Part shown: positions 1 to 9,506 of the stretch, piece after piece
Layout of the letters: each line of letters opens with the position of its first letter
How positions within the stretch are numbered: position 1 is the stretch's first letter
Assembly (NCBI GenBank): GCA_050263095.1
Contig: JBLNEW010000027.1
Location: forward strand, 25,485-89,484
DNA from: Deltaproteobacteria bacterium
GTDB taxonomy: Bacteria > Desulfobacterota > Deferrimicrobia > Deferrimicrobiales > Deferrimicrobiaceae
DNA length: 64,000 bases
Direction: 5' to 3'
Position numbers and translations under genes: made by a program
Notes under the pieces: generated by a model
Seen by the model: the letters and a program-made list of their open reading frames with translations, nothing else
Database searches by the model: none
What the model was told of the DNA's origin: nothing

Positions 1-1486
1 GCTGCTTCTGCCCTCCGGAAAGGGAGATCCCCCGCTCTCCTATCACCGTCCGGAAGCCGTCCGGCATTTCGTCGATCTCGGCCAGGATCCGCGCCTGCCC
101 GGCCGCAAGCCGTGCAGCTCCGGCGTCCTGGGCGTCGAGTGCGAAGCAGATGTTTTCGAGGACCGTATCGGAGAAAAGGAACGGGTCCTGCGCGACCATG
201 CTCACGGAGCGCCGCAGCTCGTCCAGCGGGATGGCGTTGACGTCCCTGCCGTCAAGGTACAACGCGCCGGGGGGCACCGGGTACAGCCGCAGGATCAGGG
301 ACAGCAGCGTGCTCTTCCCGCTGCCTGTCGGACCCACGAGCCCCACAACCTCTCCGGCTTCCACGGTGAATGTGACATTCCGGAGTACTTCTCCTCTCCC
401 GTTCCCGGCCTCGTAGGAAAAAGAGAGGTTCTCAAGCCGAAGCTTCGGTAGCGAGGCCTCATGCGCAGCAGTCCGATCCTTCTTTTGGCGGTTAGCCGGT
501 TCCGAGGGCGAATCCCCTGTAACGGCCGGATCAATGGGGAGGCGAAGGAACTCGTTGATGCGGCCCATGGCGCTTCCGCCCCGCTGGACGAGATTTATGA
601 CCCATCCGAGCGCCATGGTCGGAAACGAAAGCATCGCAAGGTAGGCGTTGAACGCGACGAAGCCGCCCAGGGTCAGGCTCCCCCGGATGACGAGCCAGCC
701 TCCAAGCAGAAGAACCAGCGCGATTCCCGTTCCGGCGAGGAACCCGATCGCCCCGTGGAATACCGCCGAGGTCCTTGAGACCGCGATGTTCTGCCTGTAA
801 TACCCCTCGCAGATCCCGGCGAACCGGTTCTCCTCCTTCTCTTCCATGCCGTACGCCTTTACGAGCCGGATGCCGCTTACGTTTTCCTGCAGGGCAGCGT
901 TCATCGCGGCGAGCGACTCCTGCACCTTGCGATAGAGACGATGGAAGACCCTGCCGTATTCCCGCGACACCAGGATGATGACCGGCGCAAGGACGAGGGA
1001 AACGATCGTCAGGAGCAGGCTGATCCGGAACATGAAGAATAGCGCGAGCACGTATGAGATGACCGTTCCGACAAGCGTCAGCAGCCCCGGGCCGAGGAAG
1101 AGCCATACGGCCGAGACGTCGTTTGTCATGCGGGACATTACGTCGCCGGTCGGCGTTCTCCCGAAAAAGGAAAGAGGCAGGCGGATCACGTGGTCGAATA
1201 TGTCCCTGCGCAGGCGAAGCTCCACCCGCCGCGCCGATACGAGCATCCCACGCCTGGACAGGTACCTGAAGGAGCCGTGCAGCGCCGCGAACAGGAACAT
1301 CCAGGATACGGCCCGGACAAGCCGCTCCCTGCCGTCGGGCGCGGAAAGTCCGTCGATCGCCTCCCGCGTCATCCAGGGGATCAGCAGCCCGAACGTGCTG
1401 GAAACGAGAAGGCCCAGGGCGCACAGGACGAAGGCCGTCCGGTGGCGCTCCAGGTATGGGCGGAGGGTGATGAGCTCGCCGATGGC
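1..1486 (-). CDS. ABC transporter permease/ATP-binding protein (MsbA-like exporter); runs off the window edge at its 3' end; 5' start unresolved
   Basis: Minus-strand translation reads ...IGELITLRPYLERHRTAFVLCALGLLVSSTFGLLIPW... (six-helix exporter transmembrane domain), then Walker A GPTGSGKSTLLSLI and ...DELRRSVSMVAQDPFLF. This frame is missing from the ORF track because it has no in-frame ATG. An in-frame TGA (1487-1489) sits immediately 5' of the conserved N-terminus. Confidence 0.8.
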
Positions 1487-1497
1487 TCACACCCCCC

Positions 1498-2310
1498 TTA
1501 CATGGGAACTGGGTTCGGCGTGAAGCAGACCAGGAAAAGCGCCCCCGCCAGGATGCCGACCAGGCGACGGCCCCGGGAAAGCGGGACTTCGTCGTAGACG
1601 GGCCTGGGATGCGCCGTACCGAGCACGAAGAGCATCGCCGCCCAGATGACCCACCCACCCCACAGGAAACCCATGGGGAGAAGGACGAATGGGACCGCCC
1701 TTGCGATCTTCGAATACGACCCCCCGAAGAGTGCGTACGCTATGTGCCCGCCGTCGAGCTGGCCGGACGGAAGCAGGTTAAGCGCGGTGACCAGGAGCCC
1801 GATCCAGCCTGCGAATGCCACGGGGTGGAGAACCACGTCGTAACCGGACGGAACCTCGCCCAGAACGATGCGGGAGGCCGCCCGAAACAGCAGCGATTCC
1901 CCAAGGGGGATTCCCGACAATCCCGCCGACGGCCGGATTGCGGACAGATGGAGGCCTATTAATAGTATGGGGACCGCGACAATGGCGCCGGCGATAGGCC
2001 CGGAGGCGCCGATGTCCAGAAGCGCGTTCCGGTGGGGTACCGGAGACTTGATCTTTATGAACGCTCCGAACGTTCCGATGAACGAAGGGGCGGGAATGAA
2101 GTACGGGGGAGTCACCGCAACCTTATGGCGTTTTGCGGCGGCGTAGTGCCCCATCTCGTGTATGGAGAGGATCGCCAGCAGCGGGATCGAGAACATGAAG
2201 CCCAGCGCCAGGTCCGCCGGATTGCGGACCGGATTCCCTCCGGCCAGGAACGATCCGGCGACCAGCGTTGTGCAGAACGTCAATATGAACAGCAGGACCT
2301 GTGCCCCCAC
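1498..2310 (-). CDS. Site-2 protease family (M50) membrane metalloprotease
   Basis: HEMGH (HExxH) motif in a transmembrane helix and a later LLPSGQLDGGHI (LDG motif); a multi-transmembrane 270-aa protein. Confidence 0.8.
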   Translation of the reverse strand: MGAQVLLFILTFCTTLVAGSFLAGGNPVRNPADLALGFMFSIPLLAILSIHEMGHYAAAKRHKVAVTPPYFIPAPSFIGTFGAFIKIKSPVPHRNALLDIGASGPIAGAIVAVPILLIGLHLSAIRPSAGLSGIPLGESLLFRAASRIVLGEVPSGYDVVLHPVAFAGWIGLLVTALNLLPSGQLDGGHIAYALFGGSYSKIARAVPFVLLPMGFLWGGWVIWAAMLFVLGTAHPRPVYDEVPLSRGRRLVGILAGALFLVCFTPNPVPM

Positions 2311-2377
2311 CAGCTTTTCCTCCTTCTTTTCCTTTTTCGATTATATGATAAAGAAGAATGGAGGTTGGGTTCCTGAT

Positions 2378-2938
2378 ATGAAGCTCATCAGGCCTGCCGC
2401 GGATGGGGAAAACGTCCTCATCCACATTTGCTGCGCGCCGGACGCCTCATACGGAGTGCCGGCGATGCAGGAGAAATTCCGCGTCACTGGATTTTTCTTC
2501 AATCCGAACATACACCCGGGCGAAGAGTACGAGCGGCGGCTCGACGGCACGCGCCTTCTGCGGGACTTTCTCCCCTTCCCTCTCGAAGTGGTCGGCGGCG
2601 GGGATAAAGAATGGGACGCGGCCGTCCGAGGTCTTGAAGGGGAGCCGGAAAAGGGGCGGCGATGCGAGGAATGCATCCGGATGCGCCTGCGCCGCACGGC
2701 TAGTGAAGCAAAAACAAAAGGTATTCCGGCCTTCTGCACCGTCCTTACCGTAAGCCCGAAAAAGGACGCCGCAATGGTTAACCGCATTGGACGAGAAGAG
2801 GGTGAGCTCGCGGGCGTTTTCTTCATCGAAGCCGATATGAAGAAGAACGATGGTTTCCGCAAAAGCGTTGAAATATCCAAAAAGCTGGGAATATACCGCC
2901 AGGACTTCTGCGGATGCCGCTATTCGGTTAGGAAATGA
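2378..2938 (+). CDS. queH: Epoxyqueuosine reductase QueH (DUF208)
   Basis: N-terminal LIHICCAPDASY and C-terminal YRQDFCGCRYS cysteine motifs typical of QueH. GGAGG lies 14 nt upstream of the ATG at 2378. The listed ORF start at 2162 is an upstream extension. Confidence 0.65.
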   Translation: MKLIRPAADGENVLIHICCAPDASYGVPAMQEKFRVTGFFFNPNIHPGEEYERRLDGTRLLRDFLPFPLEVVGGGDKEWDAAVRGLEGEPEKGRRCEECIRMRLRRTASEAKTKGIPAFCTVLTVSPKKDAAMVNRIGREEGELAGVFFIEADMKKNDGFRKSVEISKKLGIYRQDFCGCRYSVRK

Positions 2939-2985
2939 AGAAACAATCCCACCTTGCCGATAACGATCACATGGCTGGAAATGAT

Positions 2986-3081
2986 TGGCGGAAGCGCGAG
3001 GGAATCGAACCCTCCGAAGACATTTCTGCCTCCCGGCCGGATTTGAAGTCCGGGGGGGCCACCAGCGCCCCATCCGCTTCC
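2986..3081 (-). tRNA. selC: tRNA-Sec (anticodon UCA), selC-like, about 96 nt with encoded CCA
   Basis: Minus-strand sequence GGAAGCGG...CCGGA-CTTCAAA-TCCGG...long GC-rich variable arm...GAGGGTTCGATTCCCTC-GCGCTTCC-G-CCA. The 7-nt anticodon loop has UCA at positions 34-36. The architecture (8-bp-type acceptor, long extra arm) closely parallels E. coli selC (GGAAG...GGACUUCAAAUCC...AGGUUCGACUCC...CUUCCGCCA). Confidence 0.85.
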
Positions 3082-3278
3082 GTCGTGCGCGAGCCGATCC
3101 CCCGCAGGGGAAAGGGATTTACTTCTGCTTCGTCGCTTCCTTGGCGCGCCGTTTCTTCGACTTGTCCTTCCGGTGCCGGCGCCGCCGGATTTCCCGTTTA
3201 CGTTCGGTCGTCATGCGAACCCCCGCGCAAATCTTTGGATACAGGCGCGGACATTATAGCAAAGGGAAGGGAGGAACG

Positions 3279-4043
3279 ATGAGACGAATCCTGATCCTTG
3301 CGGCGGTCATGTCCCTCATGGCGGCGGTACCCGCGAACGCCCTGGTCGACGGCGAGGTGGGCGCTCGAGCTATGTTCTGGTTCCCGGACCTCTCCGGAGA
3401 CGTGCAGACCGAGGTTTCCGGCGTCCAGGGGACAAAGTTCGACATCAAGGACGACCTCAACGTGGGAGACGAGAACTTCCCTTCGGGAGAGGCCTTCGTG
3501 CGCTTCGGGCGGCTCCATTTCCGGGTGGGATACACCCCGGTCAAGTTCGACGGCAACAAGCAGCTGACCCGCCAGATCGTCTTCAACAACCAGACGTTCA
3601 ACGTCAACGACAACGTCGTCTCGCAACTGGACCTGAAGATGATCGACGGGGAGGTGCAGTTCGATCTATTGAGGCCGGACATTGCCGTCGTCGGCTTCAA
3701 CCTGGGACTCATCCTGAAAGTTAAATACGTGGACGGCACCGTCGAGCTCAGAAGCACGACGGCGACCGAAACGAGGGACTTCAAGGCCCCCATCCCGATG
3801 GTGGGCGTTGCGGCGGGGGTAGGGATAATCAAGGACATGTTGCGGGCCGACGCGCGCGTCACCGGGATTTCCTATTCCGGCAACCACCTGTTCGAGGGGG
3901 ACGTTTTCGCATCCTTTTCCCCGCTCCCGTTCGTCGCGATCCAGGGAGGGTATCGACTCATCGATCTGAAGATCGACGAGGACGACATCGAAGCGACGCT
4001 GAAACTTAAGGGCCCGTATGTGGGCGCGCAGGTTTCCTTCTAG
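3279..4043 (+). CDS. Small outer-membrane beta-barrel protein (signal peptide, C-terminal Phe)
   Basis: Signal peptide MRRILILAAVMSLMAAVPANA. Alternating amphipathic beta-strand pattern. Terminal ...YVGAQVSF, ending in the aromatic Phe typical of outer-membrane barrel proteins. GGGAGG ribosome-binding site before the ATG at 3279. Confidence 0.55.
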   Translation: MRRILILAAVMSLMAAVPANALVDGEVGARAMFWFPDLSGDVQTEVSGVQGTKFDIKDDLNVGDENFPSGEAFVRFGRLHFRVGYTPVKFDGNKQLTRQIVFNNQTFNVNDNVVSQLDLKMIDGEVQFDLLRPDIAVVGFNLGLILKVKYVDGTVELRSTTATETRDFKAPIPMVGVAAGVGIIKDMLRADARVTGISYSGNHLFEGDVFASFSPLPFVAIQGGYRLIDLKIDEDDIEATLKLKGPYVGAQVSF

Positions 4044-4172
4044 GCGACAGCAAGTAAATTCATGACTTTTCAAGTACTTGAGAAAGGAGCAGATATCGGC
4101 GACATAAATAAATATCCGGTGATATAGTATCGCCATCTATCCGTTATAGAACAATTTCGGAGGAGGGGATCG

Positions 4173-4973
4173 ATGAAAAAGGCGCTCTTGCTCCTGATGC
4201 TGGTCTTCGTGTTTTCGAGTGCTGCCTTCGCTCAAACGGTGGTCAAGAAAAAGAGACCCCTCCCGTATGAATTCGGCAAGGTCGTCATAAGCAATTTTTC
4301 CGAAAAGTCAGGACTTGCGCCGGTGGTGTTCGACCATTGGCTTCACAGGGCGAAATATACCTGCAGGCTCTGCCACGTGGACATCGGCTTCGCGATGAAG
4401 GCGGGGGCAACCGGCATCAAGGCTTCCGACAACATCAACGGTTACTATTGCGGGGCGTGCCACAACGGCAAATTGGTCTCCGATAACAAGAAGGTGTTCG
4501 ATTCCTGCGGCAAGCTGTCGATAAGCCAGGACCGGGCCAATTGCTTTCGCTGCCACTCGTTGGGAAAGAACGTGAAGCCGGAGTACGATTTCAATCAATT
4601 CACGAAAAACTTCCCCAAAGGGCGGTTCGGAAACGGCATCGACTGGGAGAAGGCGGAAGAGGGGAAATGGATCAATCCCGTGGATTTTCTGGAGGGGATC
4701 TCCATTCAGCGGAAATCCATTTCCGAGCAGAAGGACTTCGCACTCGGAGCGAAGGTGGAAGGAATGCCCGATATCATCTTCTCCCACAAGAAGCACACCG
4801 TGTGGAACGGATGCGAGCTTTGCCATCCGGAAATATTCATCGGCGTGAAGAAGGGAGCGTCGAAATACTCTATGGTGGACATATTCGAAGGGAAATCCTG
4901 CGGCGTATGTCATACGACGGTGGCATTCCCATTGCTGGATTGCCAGCGTTGCCACACGAAACCGGTCAAGTAG
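4173..4973 (+). CDS. Periplasmic hexahaem c-type cytochrome (6 CxxCH)
   Basis: Signal peptide. Haem motifs CRLCH, CGACH, CFRCH, CELCH, CGVCH and CQRCH. GGAGGAGG ribosome-binding site. Confidence 0.85.
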   Translation: MKKALLLLMLVFVFSSAAFAQTVVKKKRPLPYEFGKVVISNFSEKSGLAPVVFDHWLHRAKYTCRLCHVDIGFAMKAGATGIKASDNINGYYCGACHNGKLVSDNKKVFDSCGKLSISQDRANCFRCHSLGKNVKPEYDFNQFTKNFPKGRFGNGIDWEKAEEGKWINPVDFLEGISIQRKSISEQKDFALGAKVEGMPDIIFSHKKHTVWNGCELCHPEIFIGVKKGASKYSMVDIFEGKSCGVCHTTVAFPLLDCQRCHTKPVK

Positions 4974-4988
4974 AAGAGCGACAACGGG

Positions 4989-5321
4989 ATGAAATCGCCA
5001 AGGAGAATTGCGATCTGGATTTTGTTTGCACTGATATGCTGCCTCGTCACGGCGGATGAAGGGGACATCGGCATCTTCCGGGCAGGAATCGCTCACGCAC
5101 AGGAGGATTGGAGGAAGGAGTTCGACGACGTCTGTTCCAGAACCCAGGACGCCATGGTGATTTCTTCCGGCGAATTGAAAAATCTCGTGGACAGATGCGA
5201 CAAGTTGAAACCGCGAATCGAAAAACTCGATGAATCGCAAAGGAAGGTTTATTTGAAGAGACTTCATATGTGCAGGGATCTGTATTTCTTCGTTCTGGAA
5301 TCCAGGGAGAAAAAGCAGTAG
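4989..5321 (+). CDS. Small hypothetical membrane/secreted protein
   Basis: 110-aa ORF with an N-terminal hydrophobic segment (IAIWILFALICCLVTA), sandwiched between two paralogous cytochrome genes. Confidence 0.4.
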   Translation: MKSPRRIAIWILFALICCLVTADEGDIGIFRAGIAHAQEDWRKEFDDVCSRTQDAMVISSGELKNLVDRCDKLKPRIEKLDESQRKVYLKRLHMCRDLYFFVLESREKKQ

Positions 5322-5325
5322 GTCG

Positions 5326-6114
5326 ATGAAGTTTTTAAAGAGTCTAGGTTACCTGCTCCTGCTCCTTTACCCGATTTCCGCGCCCTCCATGAGAATCACC
5401 CCTCCGCACGAATACGGCCGGGTGATACTTAACAACTTTTCAGGAAGTGCAGGCATCGCCCCTGTGGAATTCGACCACTGGCTTCACCGGGCCATGTTTA
5501 CCTGCCGGCTATGCCACGTAGACATCGGTTTCGCAATGGAAGGCGGAGCCACGAAAATAAAGGCGGCCACCAATCGGGACGGCTTTCACTGTGGCGCGTG
5601 CCATAACGGAAAAACCGCGTACAAGGGGAAAACGATCTTCCCTTCATGCGCGGATAATTCCGCCCGTGCGGGGTCAAGCCTTTGTGACATGTGTCATTCC
5701 GTGAAGGACAAAACCAACAGTAAAAAACAATTCGGCGAATTCATAGGGAAATTTCCCAAGAAAGGGCTTGGAAACACGGTTGACTGGGAAGAGGCGGAGG
5801 CGAAAGGATTTATCAGGCCGCTTGATTTCATGGAAGGCGTATCGATAAAGAGGTCACCTCTGAAAATGGAGAAAGAGATCTCCATAGAATCCAGGGTAAC
5901 CTGGATGTCGGATGTCATGTTCTCCCATAAAAAACACGCAGTGTGGAACGGCTGCGAAGTCTGTCACCCCGAGATCTTCCCCAGCACAAAACAGGGGACG
6001 CTGAAATACACAATGTTTCAAATAGTAAACGGTGAATATTGCGGCGTATGCCACGACAAGGTTGCGTTTCCCATCATCGAATGCCAGAGGTGCCATACCA
6101 AACCTGTTCGATGA
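5326..6114 (+). CDS. Periplasmic hexahaem c-type cytochrome, paralogue of 4173..4973
   Basis: Six CxxCH motifs (CRLCH, CGACH, CDMCH, CEVCH, CGVCH, CQRCH). Shares blocks such as FDHWLHRA.FTCRLCHVDIGFAM and CGVCH...AFP..CQRCHTKPV with the upstream gene. Confidence 0.85.
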   Translation: MKFLKSLGYLLLLLYPISAPSMRITPPHEYGRVILNNFSGSAGIAPVEFDHWLHRAMFTCRLCHVDIGFAMEGGATKIKAATNRDGFHCGACHNGKTAYKGKTIFPSCADNSARAGSSLCDMCHSVKDKTNSKKQFGEFIGKFPKKGLGNTVDWEEAEAKGFIRPLDFMEGVSIKRSPLKMEKEISIESRVTWMSDVMFSHKKHAVWNGCEVCHPEIFPSTKQGTLKYTMFQIVNGEYCGVCHDKVAFPIIECQRCHTKPVR

Positions 6115-6198
6115 CCCGCGAAGACGTCATGAATTCTCACGCAGAAAAAAATGTTTGCCATGGCAGAAGCTGAGGGTAAAATAATGGTTCTTCTGGAC

Positions 6199-6273
6199 GG
6201 GCGCTTAACTCAGCGGTAGAGTGCCACCTTCACACGGTGGAAGTCACAGGTTCAAGTCCTGTAGCGCCCACCA
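6199..6273 (+). tRNA. tRNA-Val (anticodon CAC) with encoded CCA
   Basis: GGGCGCT acceptor stem, D-arm ACTCAGCGGTAGAGT, anticodon stem CCACC/GGTGG with loop TTCACAC (CAC at positions 34-36), T-arm ACAGGTTCAAGTCCTGT, then AGCGCCC-A-CCA. Confidence 0.85.
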
Positions 6274-6462
6274 TGGCTTTGTCCCATGCCCGCGCTCTCC
6301 GTATACAGGACATGACCTTCACACCCGAAAATGGCCATCTAGAGAGGAAAATAAACCGTCTGGCACGCGCCAGGACCCGCTTGATTTGGAAAAACGCGGC
6401 GATGCCAATTCTAAAAACTTGCTAAACCGCCATGGGATAAGAGGCCGAACGGGAAGAGACCA

Positions 6463-9400
6463 ATGAAGAAAAAACATGAAAATATTTTTTTCCTGCTGTT
6501 TGCCGTTTCGGGGTTTTCTGGCCTCATTTACGAATCGATCTGGACGCATTATTTAAAGCTCTTTTTGGGTCATGCTGCGTATGCTCAAACATTGGTATTG
6601 GGGATCTTCATGGGGGGAATGGCGCTTGGCTCCTGGCTCTGCGCCAAATATTCCATTCGCTGGAAAAATCTTATTGCCGCATACGGCTTGGCTGAAGCCG
6701 CAATCGGACTGTTTGCCATTTTTTTCCATTCCATTTTTGTCCAAGCAATTAATTATTCCTATGAGGACGCCATTCCACGTCTGGAGTCCGCTACGACGAT
6801 AATTTTGTTCAAATGGATCCTATCCGCTTTGCTAATAACGCCTCAGTCCGTTCTGCTCGGAATGACATTTCCCCTGATGAGCGGAGGAATTCTTCGGGGA
6901 TCCACGCAAGGGCCCGGCAAGATCATAGCCATGCTCTATTTTACAAACAGCATCGGGGCATCGATCGGGGTATTGGCGAGCGGATTTGCCCTAATTCGTT
7001 TTGCGGGCCTGCCCGGGACCGTCATGGTTGCCGGATTCATCAATCTGGTTTTGGCAGCAATCATATTGTGGATGGCCAGAAACAATTCTCCATTTCAACA
7101 AGCACATTCCGTTGAAATTGAAAAGCCGGGAAAGCCTGCGATGGACGGTTGGATTCCGGGCTTCCTGGTGGTTTCATTGGTTACCGGGTCGGCGTCTTTC
7201 ATATACGAAATTGGATGGATAAGGATGCTGAGCTTAGTGTTGGGAAGCTCCACGCATGCATTTGAATTAATGCTTAGCGCGTTTATCCTGGGCCTTGCGC
7301 TCGGCGGGTTTTGGATCAAGGGCCGGCTGGACAGAATTGCCGATCCCGCGCGTTTCCTGTCGTACGTTCAGATCTTTATGGGACTTTTTGCCCTTTCTAC
7401 TCTCCTCGTTTATGAACATACATTCGTTGTCATGCAATGGCTGATGAAAGTTATAGATCGGTCCGAGACCGGATATTTCGCATTTAACCTGGCCAGTCAT
7501 GCCATCGCCATCTCCGTCATGCTCCCCGCAACATTTTGTGCGGGGATGACACTGCCGATTATAACCTTCCTCATGATTCGTCAAGGATACGGCGAAAAAA
7601 GCATTGGTGCAGTTTATACGGCGAATACGATCGGCGCAATCGCTGGTGTCTTTTTTGCCATTCATTTCGGCATGCCATTGTTGGGGCTTAAGGGATTAAT
7701 AACGCTCGGGGCCGCTCTGGACATGGCTCTTGGACTCTTGCTTTTATGGAAGGCATCAGCTTATAGCGGCAAGCGAATTCCAGCTGCAGCCACGGCAGCA
7801 ATCGCCTGCGTAGTAATGGCAACTGCGTATTTCGTTAAGCTCGATCCCTACAAAATGGCGTCGGGAGTTTATCGCTACGGCAGCCTGCTGACAGCGGAAG
7901 ACAGCAAGCTCATCTTTCACGAAGATGGCAAAACGGCGACCGTCAGTTTATCATTGCGAAGCGATGGCATTATCAATGTTCGCACGAATGGCAAGTCGGA
8001 TGGAGCGATCAACGTGGATTCGAAAGGCCAACCTGAAATCGACGAAAATACAACAGTCCTTCTCGCGGTTATACCTATGTCACTTAACCCCAACGCAAAG
8101 ATTACAGCAAATATCGGACTCGGCACGGGCCTGACAACACAGACGCTGCTAAGTTTTGACAGCATTACACAGGTAGACACCGTTGAAATAGAAACAGAGA
8201 TGGTCAAGGCTGCGAAACTTATCGGTCGTCGCGTAGAGGCTGTATATACGGATCCGAGGAGCAGAATCTACATCGACGATGCAAAAACGTTCTTTTCGGC
8301 AAGAAAAACAAAATACGACATTATTATCTCAGAACCGTCAAATCCATGGGTCAGCGGCGTCGCCGGACTTTTTTCCGAAGAATTCTATCATTTGATCAAG
8401 CGGAATCTTGCAGATAACGGATTATTCGTTCAGTGGCTGCAGCTTTACGAAATAGATGTAAACCTAATCATGTCGGTGTTGAAAGCTATGTCATTGCATT
8501 TCTCGGATTTCATCGCATACGCAGCACATAATGGCGACATGATCATCGTTGCAAAAGAGAATGGAGTTATTTCGGGCGCGGACTCATGGATTTTCAGGAA
8601 CCAAAAAGTCGCCGAGGATTTGAGAAGAATCAATATCGAAAGCATGCAAGACATCGATATTCGGAAGATAGGAAATAAGAAATTCCTACACAAGCTGGTG
8701 GAGTCGTCTCCCATAAAAGCGAATTCCGATTATTACCCGATTCTCGGTCAAAATGCTGCCCGTGCACGCTTTCTCAATGCAGATGCATATGCTTTGCATA
8801 ATTTATCTCATGAGCCTTTGCCGACGATGGATATGATTCTAGGAAGGACTGCTCCGTGGGAAACGATTGTTACACCGTCTGTAGTCCTTTCCAAAACGCA
8901 ACTCGCCCATAACGCTATGGGAATAAGGGATTTTTTCCTGTGCGGAAGGTTTGACGAGAAATACCGAAATGTTCCGGAGGTGATTAAGAAGGAAGCTGTA
9001 CTGCTCAAGCGTCAATATAACGAATGCGATTCTGGGCAAAGCGTTCCCGAAAGGATATCTGTCCTGTTTAATACGGCTGTTGCTATAACCCCATATTTAT
9101 CACCGCGAGAATTAGGTTATATCTGGGGGATAATCGAACGGAATTCGTGTGCATCATTCATTACGCCCGTAGAGAAAAATTGGATTTATTTATTCAAGGC
9201 GATTGGGAATCGAGACGCCAAAGCGATGGTCGACGGCGCAAAAACACTATTGAGAAGCGGGGAAATAAAGGAGATTATTGCATTGAAATATGTTGTCGCT
9301 TCCGGCATGCTTGGCTCTCTAATCCTGGAGGATAAAGAGGAGGCTTTCCGTTTCTGGTCCAGTTACAGGCCCGTGTTATTAATGGATGGCAACCCGGATT

Positions 9401-9468
9401 TGCTGTTTCAATTCCTTCTTTCACACTGCGTCCTTCCAAGGGAAGCAGGTTTGGGCCTTAATAATTAA
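6463..9468 (+). CDS. Fused multi-transmembrane domain plus spermidine-synthase-like (PABS-fold) domain protein
   Basis: About 12 predicted transmembrane helices across two blocks. A PABS-like region (VIPMSLNPNAKITANIGLGTGLTTQT...VDTVEIE...YDIIISEPSNPWVSG...GLFVQW). 1001 aa. Moderate G+C. Confidence 0.6.
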   Translation: MKKKHENIFFLLFAVSGFSGLIYESIWTHYLKLFLGHAAYAQTLVLGIFMGGMALGSWLCAKYSIRWKNLIAAYGLAEAAIGLFAIFFHSIFVQAINYSYEDAIPRLESATTIILFKWILSALLITPQSVLLGMTFPLMSGGILRGSTQGPGKIIAMLYFTNSIGASIGVLASGFALIRFAGLPGTVMVAGFINLVLAAIILWMARNNSPFQQAHSVEIEKPGKPAMDGWIPGFLVVSLVTGSASFIYEIGWIRMLSLVLGSSTHAFELMLSAFILGLALGGFWIKGRLDRIADPARFLSYVQIFMGLFALSTLLVYEHTFVVMQWLMKVIDRSETGYFAFNLASHAIAISVMLPATFCAGMTLPIITFLMIRQGYGEKSIGAVYTANTIGAIAGVFFAIHFGMPLLGLKGLITLGAALDMALGLLLLWKASAYSGKRIPAAATAAIACVVMATAYFVKLDPYKMASGVYRYGSLLTAEDSKLIFHEDGKTATVSLSLRSDGIINVRTNGKSDGAINVDSKGQPEIDENTTVLLAVIPMSLNPNAKITANIGLGTGLTTQTLLSFDSITQVDTVEIETEMVKAAKLIGRRVEAVYTDPRSRIYIDDAKTFFSARKTKYDIIISEPSNPWVSGVAGLFSEEFYHLIKRNLADNGLFVQWLQLYEIDVNLIMSVLKAMSLHFSDFIAYAAHNGDMIIVAKENGVISGADSWIFRNQKVAEDLRRINIESMQDIDIRKIGNKKFLHKLVESSPIKANSDYYPILGQNAARARFLNADAYALHNLSHEPLPTMDMILGRTAPWETIVTPSVVLSKTQLAHNAMGIRDFFLCGRFDEKYRNVPEVIKKEAVLLKRQYNECDSGQSVPERISVLFNTAVAITPYLSPRELGYIWGIIERNSCASFITPVEKNWIYLFKAIGNRDAKAMVDGAKTLLRSGEIKEIIALKYVVASGMLGSLILEDKEEAFRFWSSYRPVLLMDGNPDLLFQFLLSHCVLPREAGLGLNN

Positions 9469-9506
9469 TAATTGGAAGTTATATCCAGCGCAAATGAGGC
9501 AGGACA

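Noticed and set aside
531-1658. 375-aa minus-strand ORF in the track (Arg/Gly/Pro-rich: MGGSSGRRCSSCSVRR...)
   Set aside because: The composition is a wrong-frame artefact of GC-rich DNA. It overlaps the genuine ABC-exporter frame and the S2P gene. The real gene is in another frame without an ATG.
2935-3282. ORF 2935..3282 (+) and the N-terminal extension of ORF 2985..4043 (+)
   Set aside because: They overlap the tRNA-Sec gene on the opposite strand. The outer-membrane barrel gene has a clean ribosome-binding site and ATG at 3279.
6140-6175. Possible terminator after the second hexahaem cytochrome (TTTGCCATGGCAGAAG)
   Set aside because: The palindrome TGCCATGGCA has no loop and no downstream T-run. 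It is just an NcoI-like site.
6221-6466. Short ORFs 6221..6466 and 6237..6425 (+)
   Set aside because: They begin inside tRNA-Val, their composition is poor, and they have no ribosome-binding site.
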